Shown here: positions 56,256 to 64,000 of the stretch, piece by piece | Numbering within the stretch: position 1 is the first letter of the stretch | Layout of the letters: each line of letters opens with the position of its first letter | Assembly: GCA_963734975.1 (NCBI GenBank) | Contig: CAVTJQ010000020.1 | Span: 113,119 to 177,118, forward strand | Reading direction: 5' to 3' | Length of the DNA: 64,000 nucleotides | Origin: an uncultured Gaiellaceae bacterium | GTDB lineage: Bacteria > Actinomycetota > Thermoleophilia > Gaiellales > Gaiellaceae | Position numbers and translations under genes: made by a program | The notes under the pieces: generated by a model | What the model saw: only the letters and a program-made list of their open reading frames with translations | What the model was told of the DNA's origin: nothing | Databases searched by the model: none

Positions 56256-57560
56256 CTACCTGCCGCTCTCGGCCTGCGACTCGTGCTCGGTCTGCTCGCG
56301 GAACTCGACCTCGAGGCGCTGGATCCGCGAGCCCTCGACCTCGACGACCCGCATCACGAGGCCGTTGGTCGGCACCTCGTCGCCCACCTCGGGAGCGCGA
56401 CCGAGCTGTCCGAACACGTACCCCGCCATGGTGTGGTAATCCTCGACCTCGATCTCGCTGCCGAACTGCTCGTTGAAGTCGTCGATCGGGAAGGTGCCGT
56501 CGATCCGGACGTGGGTGTCGTCGACCCGCTCGACCGACTCGTCGGGCAGATCGAACTCGTCCTCGATCTCGCCGACGATCTCCTCGAGCAGGTCCTCGAG
56601 CGTGACGATTCCCTGCATGGCGCCGTACTCGTCGACCACGATCGCCATGTGCTGGTTCTGCCGCCGGAACTCGGCGAGAAGGGCTGCCAGATCTTTCGTC
56701 TCGGGGACGATGTAGGCGGGACGAAGCAGCGAGACGAGCTCGACCTGCGCGATCCCGCGGTCGTGCATCGCGCCGAAGAGGTCGCGTACGTGCAGGATGC
56801 CCGCGATCTCGTCGACCGAGCCGTGGTAGACGGGATAGCGCGTGTACGGCGAGCTCATCAGCGCCGAGAGCGCCTCCTCGGGGGGCAGATCGGCAGACAG
56901 CGCCACCACTTGCGGACGCGGCACCATCACCTCGTGGACCTCCTTGTCCGCGAAGTCGAAGACCTTGTAGAGCATCTCCTGCTCGGTGGTCGCGATCACG
57001 CCCGCGTCCTCCGCGCCGGCGAGGATGTGGCGGATGTCCTCCTCGGTGTGCGCCAGCTCGCCGGCCGGAGCCGGCCTGACCCCGAAGAGCCGGGTCACGA
57101 AGTTGGCGGAGACCTGCAGCGCGTAGACGAAGGGCGTCGTGACCCACTGGAGCAGCGAGAGTGGGAGCGCGAGGGCCTTCGCCAGCGGCTCTGCCTTCTG
57201 CAGCGCGATCGCCTTCGGCACCAGCTCGCCGAGCGCGACGCTGAGGTAGGTGAGGATCAGGAACGCGAACGCATACGAGAGCCCGTTCGACATCACGGGG
57301 TTGAAGTAGCCGGAGAGAAGCGGCTGGCCGACGGCGCCGAGCGCGATCCCGAAGACCGTGATCCCGATCTGCACGGTGCTGATGAAGCGCACGGGCTCGT
57401 CCATCAGCACGAGCGCGCGGCGCGCCCCCGCGCTCCCTCGCTCGGCGTCCGGCTCGAGTCGCGACCGCCGCGCCGTCACGAGCGCGTACTCGGCCGCGAC
57501 GAAGATCGCGTTCCCGAGGATCAGGAGGAAGATCGCCAGCAGGCGAACGGCGTCGCTCAT
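56256..57560 (-). CDS. CNNM/TlyC-type hemolysin-family membrane protein (DUF21-CBS pair-CorC_HlyC)
   Basis: The N-terminal TM region carries AEYALV. It also has GELVPK, CBS-type segments ([11 protein letters not shown]..., [20 protein letters not shown]) and [24 protein letters not shown]. Confidence 0.9.
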   Translation of the reverse strand: MSDAVRLLAIFLLILGNAIFVAAEYALVTARRSRLEPDAERGSAGARRALVLMDEPVRFISTVQIGITVFGIALGAVGQPLLSGYFNPVMSNGLSYAFAFLILTYLSVALGELVPKAIALQKAEPLAKALALPLSLLQWVTTPFVYALQVSANFVTRLFGVRPAPAGELAHTEEDIRHILAGAEDAGVIATTEQEMLYKVFDFADKEVHEVMVPRPQVVALSADLPPEEALSALMSSPYTRYPVYHGSVDEIAGILHVRDLFGAMHDRGIAQVELVSLLRPAYIVPETKDLAALLAEFRRQNQHMAIVVDEYGAMQGIVTLEDLLEEIVGEIEDEFDLPDESVERVDDTHVRIDGTFPIDDFNEQFGSEIEVEDYHTMAGYVFGQLGRAPEVGDEVPTNGLVMRVVEVEGSRIQRLEVEFREQTEHESQAESGR

Positions 57561-57629
57561 GCGGAAGCACACCCCCGGTGGGGCGGCCTGCGGCGCGAGG
57601 AGGCCCCGGTACGACCCGGGGCGCAGGTA

Positions 57630-58583
57630 CTAGGCGGAAGCTCGTCTTCCAAGCTGGCGCGCAGTATAGGCGACGAGTCCGACATCTTCGCGCCGCACGG
57701 CCCGCTCCGCGAGCACGAGTCGCTCGAGGTGCGACAGCGTCTCGGCGACCGCGAAGCGCCGCGCAGCCGGCTTCAGCTCGCGGCCGAAGAGGTCGAACGA
57801 GACCTCGTAGCCGCTGCGCGGGGTGTCCGTGAGCACTGCCTCGGTTGCTTCGAGCCGCTCGCGGTGGTGCTCGATCAGCTCGTACGCGCGGGCGACCGGG
57901 TCCTCGATCGGCTCACCGTGCCCCGGCAGCGCGAGCTGCGGCTCTAGCTCGATCGTCCGCTCGAGTGCGCCCAGAAAGTCGCCGAGCGGGTCGGGCCGGC
58001 TCTCGGGCCAGAGGCCCACCGTCGGTGTGATCCGCCCGAGCAGGTGATCCGCGGAGACGAGCACACCGTCCTTCAACAGGCAGAGCTGCCCGTCGGCATG
58101 ACCGGGAGCGCCCACGAGCTCCCACCCGTCCAGCTCCTCTCCCTCCGCCACGAGCACCGGGTCGGGCTGGTAGCGGATGAAGGGCGCGTACACCGAGCCC
58201 GACGCGATCAGCTCCTCCGCGCTTGCGCGCGGTACGCCGTGCGACAGGAACCACTCCGCGATCCGCTGCGGCCACTGCGGATTCCCCCAGACGAGCTCGC
58301 ATTGCGAGTAGTCGAGTGCGCCCTCGTGGACGGGCGCGCCGGTGACGGCCGCCACATCGGCCGCGGCTCCGACGTGGTCGGGGTGGAAGTGAGTGACCAG
58401 GATCCGCACGACGTCGATCCCCGCGAGCTCCGCCGCCCAGCGCTCCTGCGCGTCCGGCAAGCCGATCCCGGTGTCGACGAGCGTCCACCCGTCGCTGCCG
58501 GGCAGCAGGTAGGCATGCACGTGCCCGGGCCGCGTCGGCAGCGGACAGGTGACGCGACGGATCCCTCCGGGCAGCTCCTCCAC
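57630..58583 (-). CDS. MBL-fold metallo-hydrolase
   Basis: From GTG 58583 it reads VEELPGGIRRVTCPLP...HAYLLPGSDGWTLVDTG...ILVTHFHPDHVG...GAPGHADG...LPGHG. The upstream part of ORF 57630..59138 is antisense shadow. Confidence 0.85.
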   Translation of the reverse strand: MEELPGGIRRVTCPLPTRPGHVHAYLLPGSDGWTLVDTGIGLPDAQERWAAELAGIDVVRILVTHFHPDHVGAAADVAAVTGAPVHEGALDYSQCELVWGNPQWPQRIAEWFLSHGVPRASAEELIASGSVYAPFIRYQPDPVLVAEGEELDGWELVGAPGHADGQLCLLKDGVLVSADHLLGRITPTVGLWPESRPDPLGDFLGALERTIELEPQLALPGHGEPIEDPVARAYELIEHHRERLEATEAVLTDTPRSGYEVSFDLFGRELKPAARRFAVAETLSHLERLVLAERAVRREDVGLVAYTARQLGRRASA

Positions 58584-58637
58584 GCGGTTATCTAACCAGC
58601 GTCGCGGCAATACGAACGTGTGTTCTATACTGCGCCG

Positions 58638-59540
58638 ATGCGGGTCGAATACCGCGAGGAGCCTTGCCGGAGCGCCCTGAACCGGGTCAAGGGAATGCCG
58701 TTCGAGTGGTCGCTCAATCCCTACATGGGCTGCGTCCACCGCTGCACGTTCTGTTACGTCCGCGCCTTCGAGCGTCGCGCCGAGCGACCGTCGGACGACC
58801 GCTACGGCAGCTCGATCCGCGTGAAGACGAACGTGGCCGAGGTGCTCGCCCGCGAGCTCGGCCGCCCGTCGTGGCGGCGCGAAGAAATCGTGATCGGCGC
58901 GGCCACCGATCCCTACCAGCCTGCCGAGGGCCGCTACCGGCTCACCCGCGCCTGCCTCGAGGTGCTCGCCGAGGCGCGAAACCCGTTCGGGATCATCACC
59001 CGCGGCCCGCTGATCGTGCGTGACCTCGATCTGCTCCGCGAAGCATCGTCCCGGGCGGACGTCTCGGTCACGTTCTCGGTGCCGACGCTCGACGCCGAGA
59101 TCTGGCGAACGACCGAGCCCGGCACGGCGCCCCCGCACCAGCGGCTACGGGCGCTACGGCTGCTCGTCGACGCCGGCGTGAATGCGAGTGTCGGCATGGC
59201 ACCGATCCTGCCCGGCCTCAGCGACCGGCCCGAGCTGCTCGCCGACGTCGTCCGTGCGGCCCGCGAGGCCGGCGCGACGGGGATCTGGGCGAACCTGCTC
59301 TATCTGAAACCGGGCACGCGCGAGCACTTCCTCGAGGCGCTCGCTCGCGACTGGCCGGAGCAGCTGCCGGCCTACGAAGAGCTCTACGACGGCCGGGCCT
59401 ACCTTCCCCAGCCGGAGGTCCAGCCGGTGCGCGAGCAGGTGCGCGCGCTCGCCCGGCAGCACGGCATCCGCGATCGCCGGCCACGCGTTCGGCGCGACCC
59501 GGAGCCGCCGCAGCAGGAGCAGCTCCGGCTCGCCGTGTAG
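58638..59540 (+). CDS. Radical SAM protein (SplB/COG1533-like)
   Basis: NPYMGCVHRCTFCYVR carries the CxxxCxxC cluster. It is followed by IGAATDPYQPAE and GMAPILPGLSD. The start is either ATG 58638 or GTG 58620. Confidence 0.85.
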   Translation: MRVEYREEPCRSALNRVKGMPFEWSLNPYMGCVHRCTFCYVRAFERRAERPSDDRYGSSIRVKTNVAEVLARELGRPSWRREEIVIGAATDPYQPAEGRYRLTRACLEVLAEARNPFGIITRGPLIVRDLDLLREASSRADVSVTFSVPTLDAEIWRTTEPGTAPPHQRLRALRLLVDAGVNASVGMAPILPGLSDRPELLADVVRAAREAGATGIWANLLYLKPGTREHFLEALARDWPEQLPAYEELYDGRAYLPQPEVQPVREQVRALARQHGIRDRRPRVRRDPEPPQQEQLRLAV

Positions 59541-59576
59541 GAGGACGCGGAGAGACGCGGAATAGAATCCCTCGCG

Positions 59577-60200
59577 ATGCCGGAGGAGATCACCTGCCTG
59601 ATCGTCGACGACCACGAGGTCGTGCGCGAAGGCCTGCGCCTTTCCCTCTCCCGCGCCCCGCACATTCGCGTGATCGGCGAGGCCTCCGACGGGGCCGGCG
59701 CGGTCGCGCTCGTCGAGCGGCGGCGCCCCGACGTCGTGATCATGGACGTCCGCATGCCCGGCATGGACGGGCTCGAGGCGACGAAGAAGATCCGTGAAGC
59801 CGTGCCGGACGCGGCCGTCCTCATCTTCACCGCGTACAGCGAGCGGTCGCTGCTCGGGCGCGGGCTCGAGTCGGGCGCGAAGGGCTACATCCTCAAGGAG
59901 GCGCCACACGCCACGCTCGTGCGGGCGATCGAGAAGGTGGCCGGCGGGGAGAGCTTCGTCGACCCGGCGCTGATGCCCACGTTCCTGACCGGCAAGGAGC
60001 AGAACGAGATGCTGACCGCGCGCGAGCGCGAGATCCTCCAGCTGCTCGCCGACGGGATGTCGAACGCGGACGTCGCCGCACGGCTCTTCATCAGCCAGGA
60101 GACGGTGAAGAGCCACGTCCGGCACATCCTCGCGAAGCTCGAAGCGGACACGCGGACGCACGCGGTCGCGATCGCGCTGCGCGACGCGATCATCGACTAG
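59577..60200 (+). CDS. NarL/LuxR-family response regulator
   Basis: The receiver domain reads LIVDDHEVVREGL...DVVIMDVRMPGMDG. The LuxR HTH reads LTAREREILQLLADGMSNADVAARLFISQETVKSHVRHILAKL. Confidence 0.95.
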   Translation: MPEEITCLIVDDHEVVREGLRLSLSRAPHIRVIGEASDGAGAVALVERRRPDVVIMDVRMPGMDGLEATKKIREAVPDAAVLIFTAYSERSLLGRGLESGAKGYILKEAPHATLVRAIEKVAGGESFVDPALMPTFLTGKEQNEMLTAREREILQLLADGMSNADVAARLFISQETVKSHVRHILAKLEADTRTHAVAIALRDAIID

Positions 60201-60202
60201 GG

Positions 60203-60991
60203 ATGTTCACCGCCATCCTGCTCGTCGTCGTCCTCGTCGCCGGCGCGTACGCGCTGCACCTGATCGTCAGCGAGCGCCGCCGCCACCAGCTGGTCGAGGT
60301 CGAGAACGCCCGGCTCCTCGCCGAGGCCGCGCTCCGCGAGGACGAGCGAAACCGTCTCTCCGACCGGATCATCACCGCGGAGCAGGACGAGCGGCGGCGG
60401 CTCGCGCTGTTCCTGCACGACGGGCCGGTGCAGAACCTCGCCGGGATCGCGCTGATGCTCGACGCGGCGGTGCACGCGATCGACGACGAGCGCGGCCAGG
60501 ACGCGCGCGGGATCATCGGCAGCGCGCTCGAGAAGCACCGCGAGACGATCCGCTCGCTGCGCGACCTCTCCTTCAACATCGAGCCGGTCGTCCTGCGCGA
60601 CCAGGGGTTCGCGCCCGCCGTGCAGGAGCTCGCCAACCAGTTCGGGATCGAGCACCGCGTGCAGATCGAGGTCGACGTCGGTCGAGCGGAGCAACTGGGC
60701 GAGAAGGAGCAGGTCGGCCTCTACCAGATCATCCGCGAGCTGCTCAGCCAGGCAGTCCGCCGCGGCCCACCGACGCGGATCTCGATCGTCGTGCGCGAGA
60801 CCGGAGACGGCGCGCTCGAGACCGTCGTCGCGGACGACGGCAAGGGCGAGCGCCGGAAGACGACGCTCGACGCGATCGCCGAGCGTGCCACGACGCTGAA
60901 CGGACGCTTCACGGTCGAGCAGGGCGCCGACGGCGGCACGGCCGTCCACGTCGTCCTGCCCGCCTACGCGGCCGGTGACGGCTCCGCGTAG
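60203..60991 (+). CDS. HisKA_3-type sensor histidine kinase-like protein with a degenerate ATPase domain
   Basis: There is one N-terminal TM helix. The H-box reads ERNRLSDRIITAEQDERRRLALFLHDGPVQNL. The N-box position reads RELLSQAVRRG (no Asn/His). DDGKG is present, but no clear GxGL G2 box. Confidence 0.75.
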   Translation: MFTAILLVVVLVAGAYALHLIVSERRRHQLVEVENARLLAEAALREDERNRLSDRIITAEQDERRRLALFLHDGPVQNLAGIALMLDAAVHAIDDERGQDARGIIGSALEKHRETIRSLRDLSFNIEPVVLRDQGFAPAVQELANQFGIEHRVQIEVDVGRAEQLGEKEQVGLYQIIRELLSQAVRRGPPTRISIVVRETGDGALETVVADDGKGERRKTTLDAIAERATTLNGRFTVEQGADGGTAVHVVLPAYAAGDGSA

Positions 60992-61002
60992 AATCACCGC
61001 CG

Positions 61003-61206
61003 ATGTCGGACTGGAACGGCACCGAGAGCAGTCACGTGCTGTTCGTCTGGTCGGCGAACGGCTGGACGCTGCAGGAGCGCGAAGGCGAGCCGCCGGCCGT
61101 CGGCTCGACGGTGCACGACGGCGACCGCGTCCTGCAGATCATCAAGATCGGCCCGTCGCCGCTCCCCGGCGACCGCCGCCCCTGCGCCTTCACGCAGCTC
61201 GCGTAG
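61003..61206 (+). CDS. Hypothetical small protein
   Basis: The 67-aa ORF reads MSDWNGTESSHVLFVWSANGWTLQEREGEPPAVGSTVHDGDRVLQIIKIGPSPLPGD... It is protein-like and starts 11 nt after the kinase gene. Confidence 0.45.
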   Translation: MSDWNGTESSHVLFVWSANGWTLQEREGEPPAVGSTVHDGDRVLQIIKIGPSPLPGDRRPCAFTQLA

Positions 61207-62286
61207 CTAGCTCAGCGCGCTCTCGGCGGCGACGCGGCCGAAGACGAGTGCCGCCGCGAGGCCGCTGCCGTAGCCGCCGGTGAAGATGCCCCCCGCGTCG
61301 GCTCCCGCGCCGTACAGCCCCGCCACGGGTGCTCCGTCCGGGCGCAAGACCCGAGCGCGATCGTCGATGCGAAGGCCGCCGATCGTGTGGGTGACCGCCG
61401 CGCGGACGCGTACCGCGAGGAACGGCGGCTCGACGAGCTTCGGCGACTCCGGCAGCTCGAACGGCAGCTCGCCGGCAGGCAGCACCTCGCCTCCGGCCGA
61501 GCGTGCCGCCTCGACGAGATCCGCCACCGTGCGCTCGCGCACCGACCGGCGCAGCGCCCGCGCGTCGACCACGTACCACGCCGCGCGCGCGGGCAGCCGC
61601 GCGGTCGCCTGGACGAGGTCGGTCTCCGACCACGACGGCTCCCGCTCGAAGAACTCGTGCCCCTCGTCGTCGAGCACGAGCGCGTGCGCGCCGTAGAGCT
61701 GCGCGGCGCTCACGAACAGCTCCTCACCGACCTCGGCCGGCAGGTTGCGGCCGTAGAACTCGTCCATCCCGCTCGAGAGATCGGCGCCGCGGCCGAGAGC
61801 ATGGGCGAGCCCGTCGCCCTCGCTCCACCGGTTCGCCCTCAGGAGCAGACCCCGGTCGCGGGCGAGCCGGGCCCCGAAACCGCCGGTAGCGAGAATCTGC
61901 GCATCGACGAACGCCGTTTGAAGCCGGGGCTCCACCCCGGCGCCGACGAGCGCCTCGGTGAGGCCCCGCGGGTCGAAGCGCCGGCCGACGGTTCGCTCGT
62001 TGCCGGTCGAGCGCTCGAGCACGGGCGCGCCCAGTCCTTCGAGCCAGTCGAGCGCCTCGTCCAGCTCCTCGACGATCCGCCGCTGCAGCGCAAGCTCGCC
62101 GCCGGGACATTCGGCCTGGAACTCCTCGAGCGTTCGGTGACGCCAGACGACGCCGCTCGAGAGCAACATCGACCCGCCCGCCCGGTCGCCCTTCTCGAGG
62201 ACGACCGGCTCGGCACCCAGCTCGCGAGCTCGGGCCGCGGCCACGAGACCCGCCATTCCGGCTCCGGCGACGACGAGGCTTGTCAG
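61207..62286 (-). CDS. FAD-binding oxidoreductase (fumarate reductase/KstD-like flavoprotein family); start unresolved
   Basis: The Rossmann motif SLVVAGAGMAGLVAAARARELGAEPVVLEKGDRAGG is followed by ILATGGF and the C-terminal HTIGGLRID...GLYGAGADAGG. The GxGxxG motif lies upstream of the first ATG, and only CTG 62286 is in frame there. Confidence 0.75.
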   Translation of the reverse strand: MTSLVVAGAGMAGLVAAARARELGAEPVVLEKGDRAGGSMLLSSGVVWRHRTLEEFQAECPGGELALQRRIVEELDEALDWLEGLGAPVLERSTGNERTVGRRFDPRGLTEALVGAGVEPRLQTAFVDAQILATGGFGARLARDRGLLLRANRWSEGDGLAHALGRGADLSSGMDEFYGRNLPAEVGEELFVSAAQLYGAHALVLDDEGHEFFEREPSWSETDLVQATARLPARAAWYVVDARALRRSVRERTVADLVEAARSAGGEVLPAGELPFELPESPKLVEPPFLAVRVRAAVTHTIGGLRIDDRARVLRPDGAPVAGLYGAGADAGGIFTGGYGSGLAAALVFGRVAAESALS

Positions 62287-62921
62287 GAGAGCGAGAAGGA
62301 GGGCTTGTGCTCGACGTACTCGAGCTTCACGCGATCCGGTCCCCAGACGAACAACGCCAGCGTGTTCGCCGCATCGACGACGTCGGCGATCTCGAGCTCG
62401 GCTGCTTCGGCAGCCTCGATCTGCGCGGTGACCGAGTCCACGAGCACGCCCAGGTGGTTGAGGAGCGGCCGCTCGGGCTCGCCCGGATCGCCACGCTCCA
62501 GCTCGACGAACGCCCCGCCCACCTCGAGGCGGGCATCGCCGGCGCGGATCAGCCCGAAGGTCTCCCACGCGGTGGCCGCCGCCATCGGGTCGGGACTGAG
62601 CAGGGTGACGTGGTCGAGGTCGAACTCGGTCTCGGTCTCGGTCTCGACGAGCACGATCTCGAGCCCCTCGCCCAGGTCGTACGACGAATCCCGGCCGTCG
62701 AGCGAGCTGACGCGCAGGCCCACGCGGGCGAGCGCGCCGCGCTCCCGCGGCCCTTCCGCGTCGAACAGCGTCAGCTTGCCGCGACGCGCGTCCGAGCCGA
62801 TCAACGTGAAGCGGTCGGTGCGCTCGATCACGTGCATTCCGAGCTGCTCCGTCGCACGCTCGGCGATCGGGTCGCGCCCCGCGACCCAGAGGGCAACGTG
62901 ATCGAGCGTCAGCAGGCCCAT
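62283..62921 (-). CDS. VOC (glyoxalase) family protein
   Basis: 212-aa ORF with two halves beginning LDHVALWV and LDHVTLLS / LNHLGVLV. Confidence 0.75.
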   Translation of the reverse strand: MGLLTLDHVALWVAGRDPIAERATEQLGMHVIERTDRFTLIGSDARRGKLTLFDAEGPRERGALARVGLRVSSLDGRDSSYDLGEGLEIVLVETETETEFDLDHVTLLSPDPMAAATAWETFGLIRAGDARLEVGGAFVELERGDPGEPERPLLNHLGVLVDSVTAQIEAAEAAELEIADVVDAANTLALFVWGPDRVKLEYVEHKPSFSLS

Positions 62922-62942
62922 GACCCGACGATAGCTGCCGGC

Positions 62943-63275
62943 CTACTTCTTGCGATCCACCGCCCGCTCGAGCTGGGCCTTGTTCATCTTCGAGCGGCCC
63001 TCGATGTTCAGGTCCTTCGCCTCGTTGTAGAGCTGGTCGCGGGTGCGCCCACGCTCGCGGCGTGTCCCCGACCGCAGGCCGCCGCGCCGGCCCGAGGAGA
63101 TGTCCTCCCGTGAGAGCCGCGACGACTCCTTCGCCTCGCCGGCGCGGGCGCGCTCCTTGTTCACCGTCCTCGCGGCGATCTCCTCGGCCTTGTCCTCGGA
63201 CGACCCGCGCTCCTCGAGGCTGTCCTTGATGTGCTCGTACTGGCGCTCGCGCTTCGCGCTCCAGGCTGTCGGCAT
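62943..63275 (-). CDS. Small basic protein with a C-terminal Rho-N/SAP-like helix-extended-helix motif
   Basis: 110-aa ORF. It reads KRERQYEHIKDSLEERGSSEDKAEEIAARTVNKERA ... LYNEAKDLNIEGRSKMNKAQLERAV. A GAAGGAGG SD is present. Confidence 0.65.
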   Translation of the reverse strand: MPTAWSAKRERQYEHIKDSLEERGSSEDKAEEIAARTVNKERARAGEAKESSRLSREDISSGRRGGLRSGTRRERGRTRDQLYNEAKDLNIEGRSKMNKAQLERAVDRKK

Positions 63276-63327
63276 CGCTCCTCCTTCGTCTGGCTTGACG
63301 GAGAACGCGTTCCCGATTCGCAGCGGA

Positions 63328-63633
63328 TTATTCGAGCGGCGGGTTCTGGACGTCGTGCTCGGTCGCGTACTCGTCGACGAGCTTGTCGATCACGGTCGCG
63401 CCTTCGCTGTAGGCGTAGTTGATCTTCACGAACGGCTCCCATTTGTCGGGGAGAGCATCCTCCGGGAAGATCGCCTCCACAGGGCATTCCGGCTCGCACG
63501 CGCCGCAGTCGATGCACTCCTCCGGATCGATCACGAGCAGGCGCCCGAACTCGTGGATGCAGTCGACCGGGCACACGTCCACGCACGAGCGGTCTTTGAT
63601 GTCGATGCACGGCTCGGCGATGATGTACGTCAC
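63328..63633 (-). CDS. fdxA: 7Fe-type ferredoxin
   Basis: From GTG 63633 it reads VTYIIAEPCIDIKDRSCVDVCPVDCIHE...IDPEECIDCGACEPECPVEAIF. It is the tail of shadow ORF 63328..63987. Confidence 0.9.
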   Translation of the reverse strand: MTYIIAEPCIDIKDRSCVDVCPVDCIHEFGRLLVIDPEECIDCGACEPECPVEAIFPEDALPDKWEPFVKINYAYSEGATVIDKLVDEYATEHDVQNPPLE

Positions 63634-63656
63634 GGCGGCGAGTGTATCGGCGGGTA

Positions 63657-63971
63657 TCAGGCGGGCGGCGAGGTCAACTCGGCCACCAGCTCGGGGCACC
63701 GTTCGACGAGGGCGGACTTGACGATCACCTGATCGAAACCGGCCGTGTGGGCCCGCTGGAGCCCCGACTTGTCGGTGTGGTTCGCGTAGCCGAGGATCGG
63801 GACGTCCGGCCATGCCTCGACGACCTCGTCCGGATCGACGCGTGCGATGTCGACGATCACGAGATCGGGTGGATCGATGCTGTCGGTCATGACGACGTGA
63901 TGCCCTGGTAGCAACCCCTCGAGCTTGGCCCGGAAGAAGAGGTCGACCCCCGCCAGCAGGATCGTCGCCAC
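63657..63971 (-). CDS. Small receiver(CheY)-like domain protein, hypothetical
   Basis: 104-aa ORF. MATILLAGVDLFFRAKLEGLL...PDLVIVDIARVD...ILGYANHTD...AGFDQVIVKS has a beta-alpha pattern like a receiver domain. The acidic pocket is not clearly complete. Confidence 0.5.
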   Translation of the reverse strand: MATILLAGVDLFFRAKLEGLLPGHHVVMTDSIDPPDLVIVDIARVDPDEVVEAWPDVPILGYANHTDKSGLQRAHTAGFDQVIVKSALVERCPELVAELTSPPA

Positions 63972-64000
63972 GCAACGAATCTACCACCCGGTTCGCTTGT

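Noticed and set aside
1-64000. Search for tRNA, rRNA, transposase/integrase genes, prophage or CRISPR-cas
   Set aside because: I saw no T-loop-like GGTTCGAATCC-type motifs. No stretch longer than the ~350-bp gap at 37217-37568 looked non-coding. No recombinase-like ORFs and no spaced direct repeats were seen by eye. Absence cannot be proven without covariance-model or HMM scans.

Overview
This is a very GC-rich, gene-dense chromosomal segment with about 70 protein genes. Their content looks Actinomycetota-like, which is an inference from gene content. I found no rRNA, tRNA, CRISPR array, transposase or integrase. The recognisable genes are mostly housekeeping or accessory metabolism. They include ftsZ, the principal sigma factor, Lhr helicase, a Nei/Fpg glycosylase, a tandem dynamin-like GTPase pair and a CysO/CysM/Mec cysteine module with a MoeZ-like E1 enzyme. 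Also present are malate synthase A, PepT and M20 peptidases, an acyl-CoA dehydrogenase, a MazF/RHH toxin-antitoxin pair, a LAL-type LuxR regulator and a NarL-type two-component pair. Many long ORFs in the supplied track are antisense or out-of-frame shadows. The dominant observation is that about 20 clearly conserved genes are each interrupted by single-nucleotide frameshifts, mostly +1 insertions. Several track ORFs therefore have to be stitched together to give one gene. This is either assembly indel error or recent pseudogenisation. The most interesting candidate biology is as follows: (1) an orphan ParA-like ATPase translationally coupled to a Pro/Glu/Ala-rich ORF that runs into ftsZ, followed by a Cys-rich ORF; (2) a GAF-MerR-B12 (CarH-type) fusion regulator coupled to a membrane protein; (3) a predicted pseudokinase and a Cys-to-Asp phosphatase-like protein; (4) a structured leader with a 15-codon uORF. 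All functional calls come from reading motifs by eye; no searches were run.
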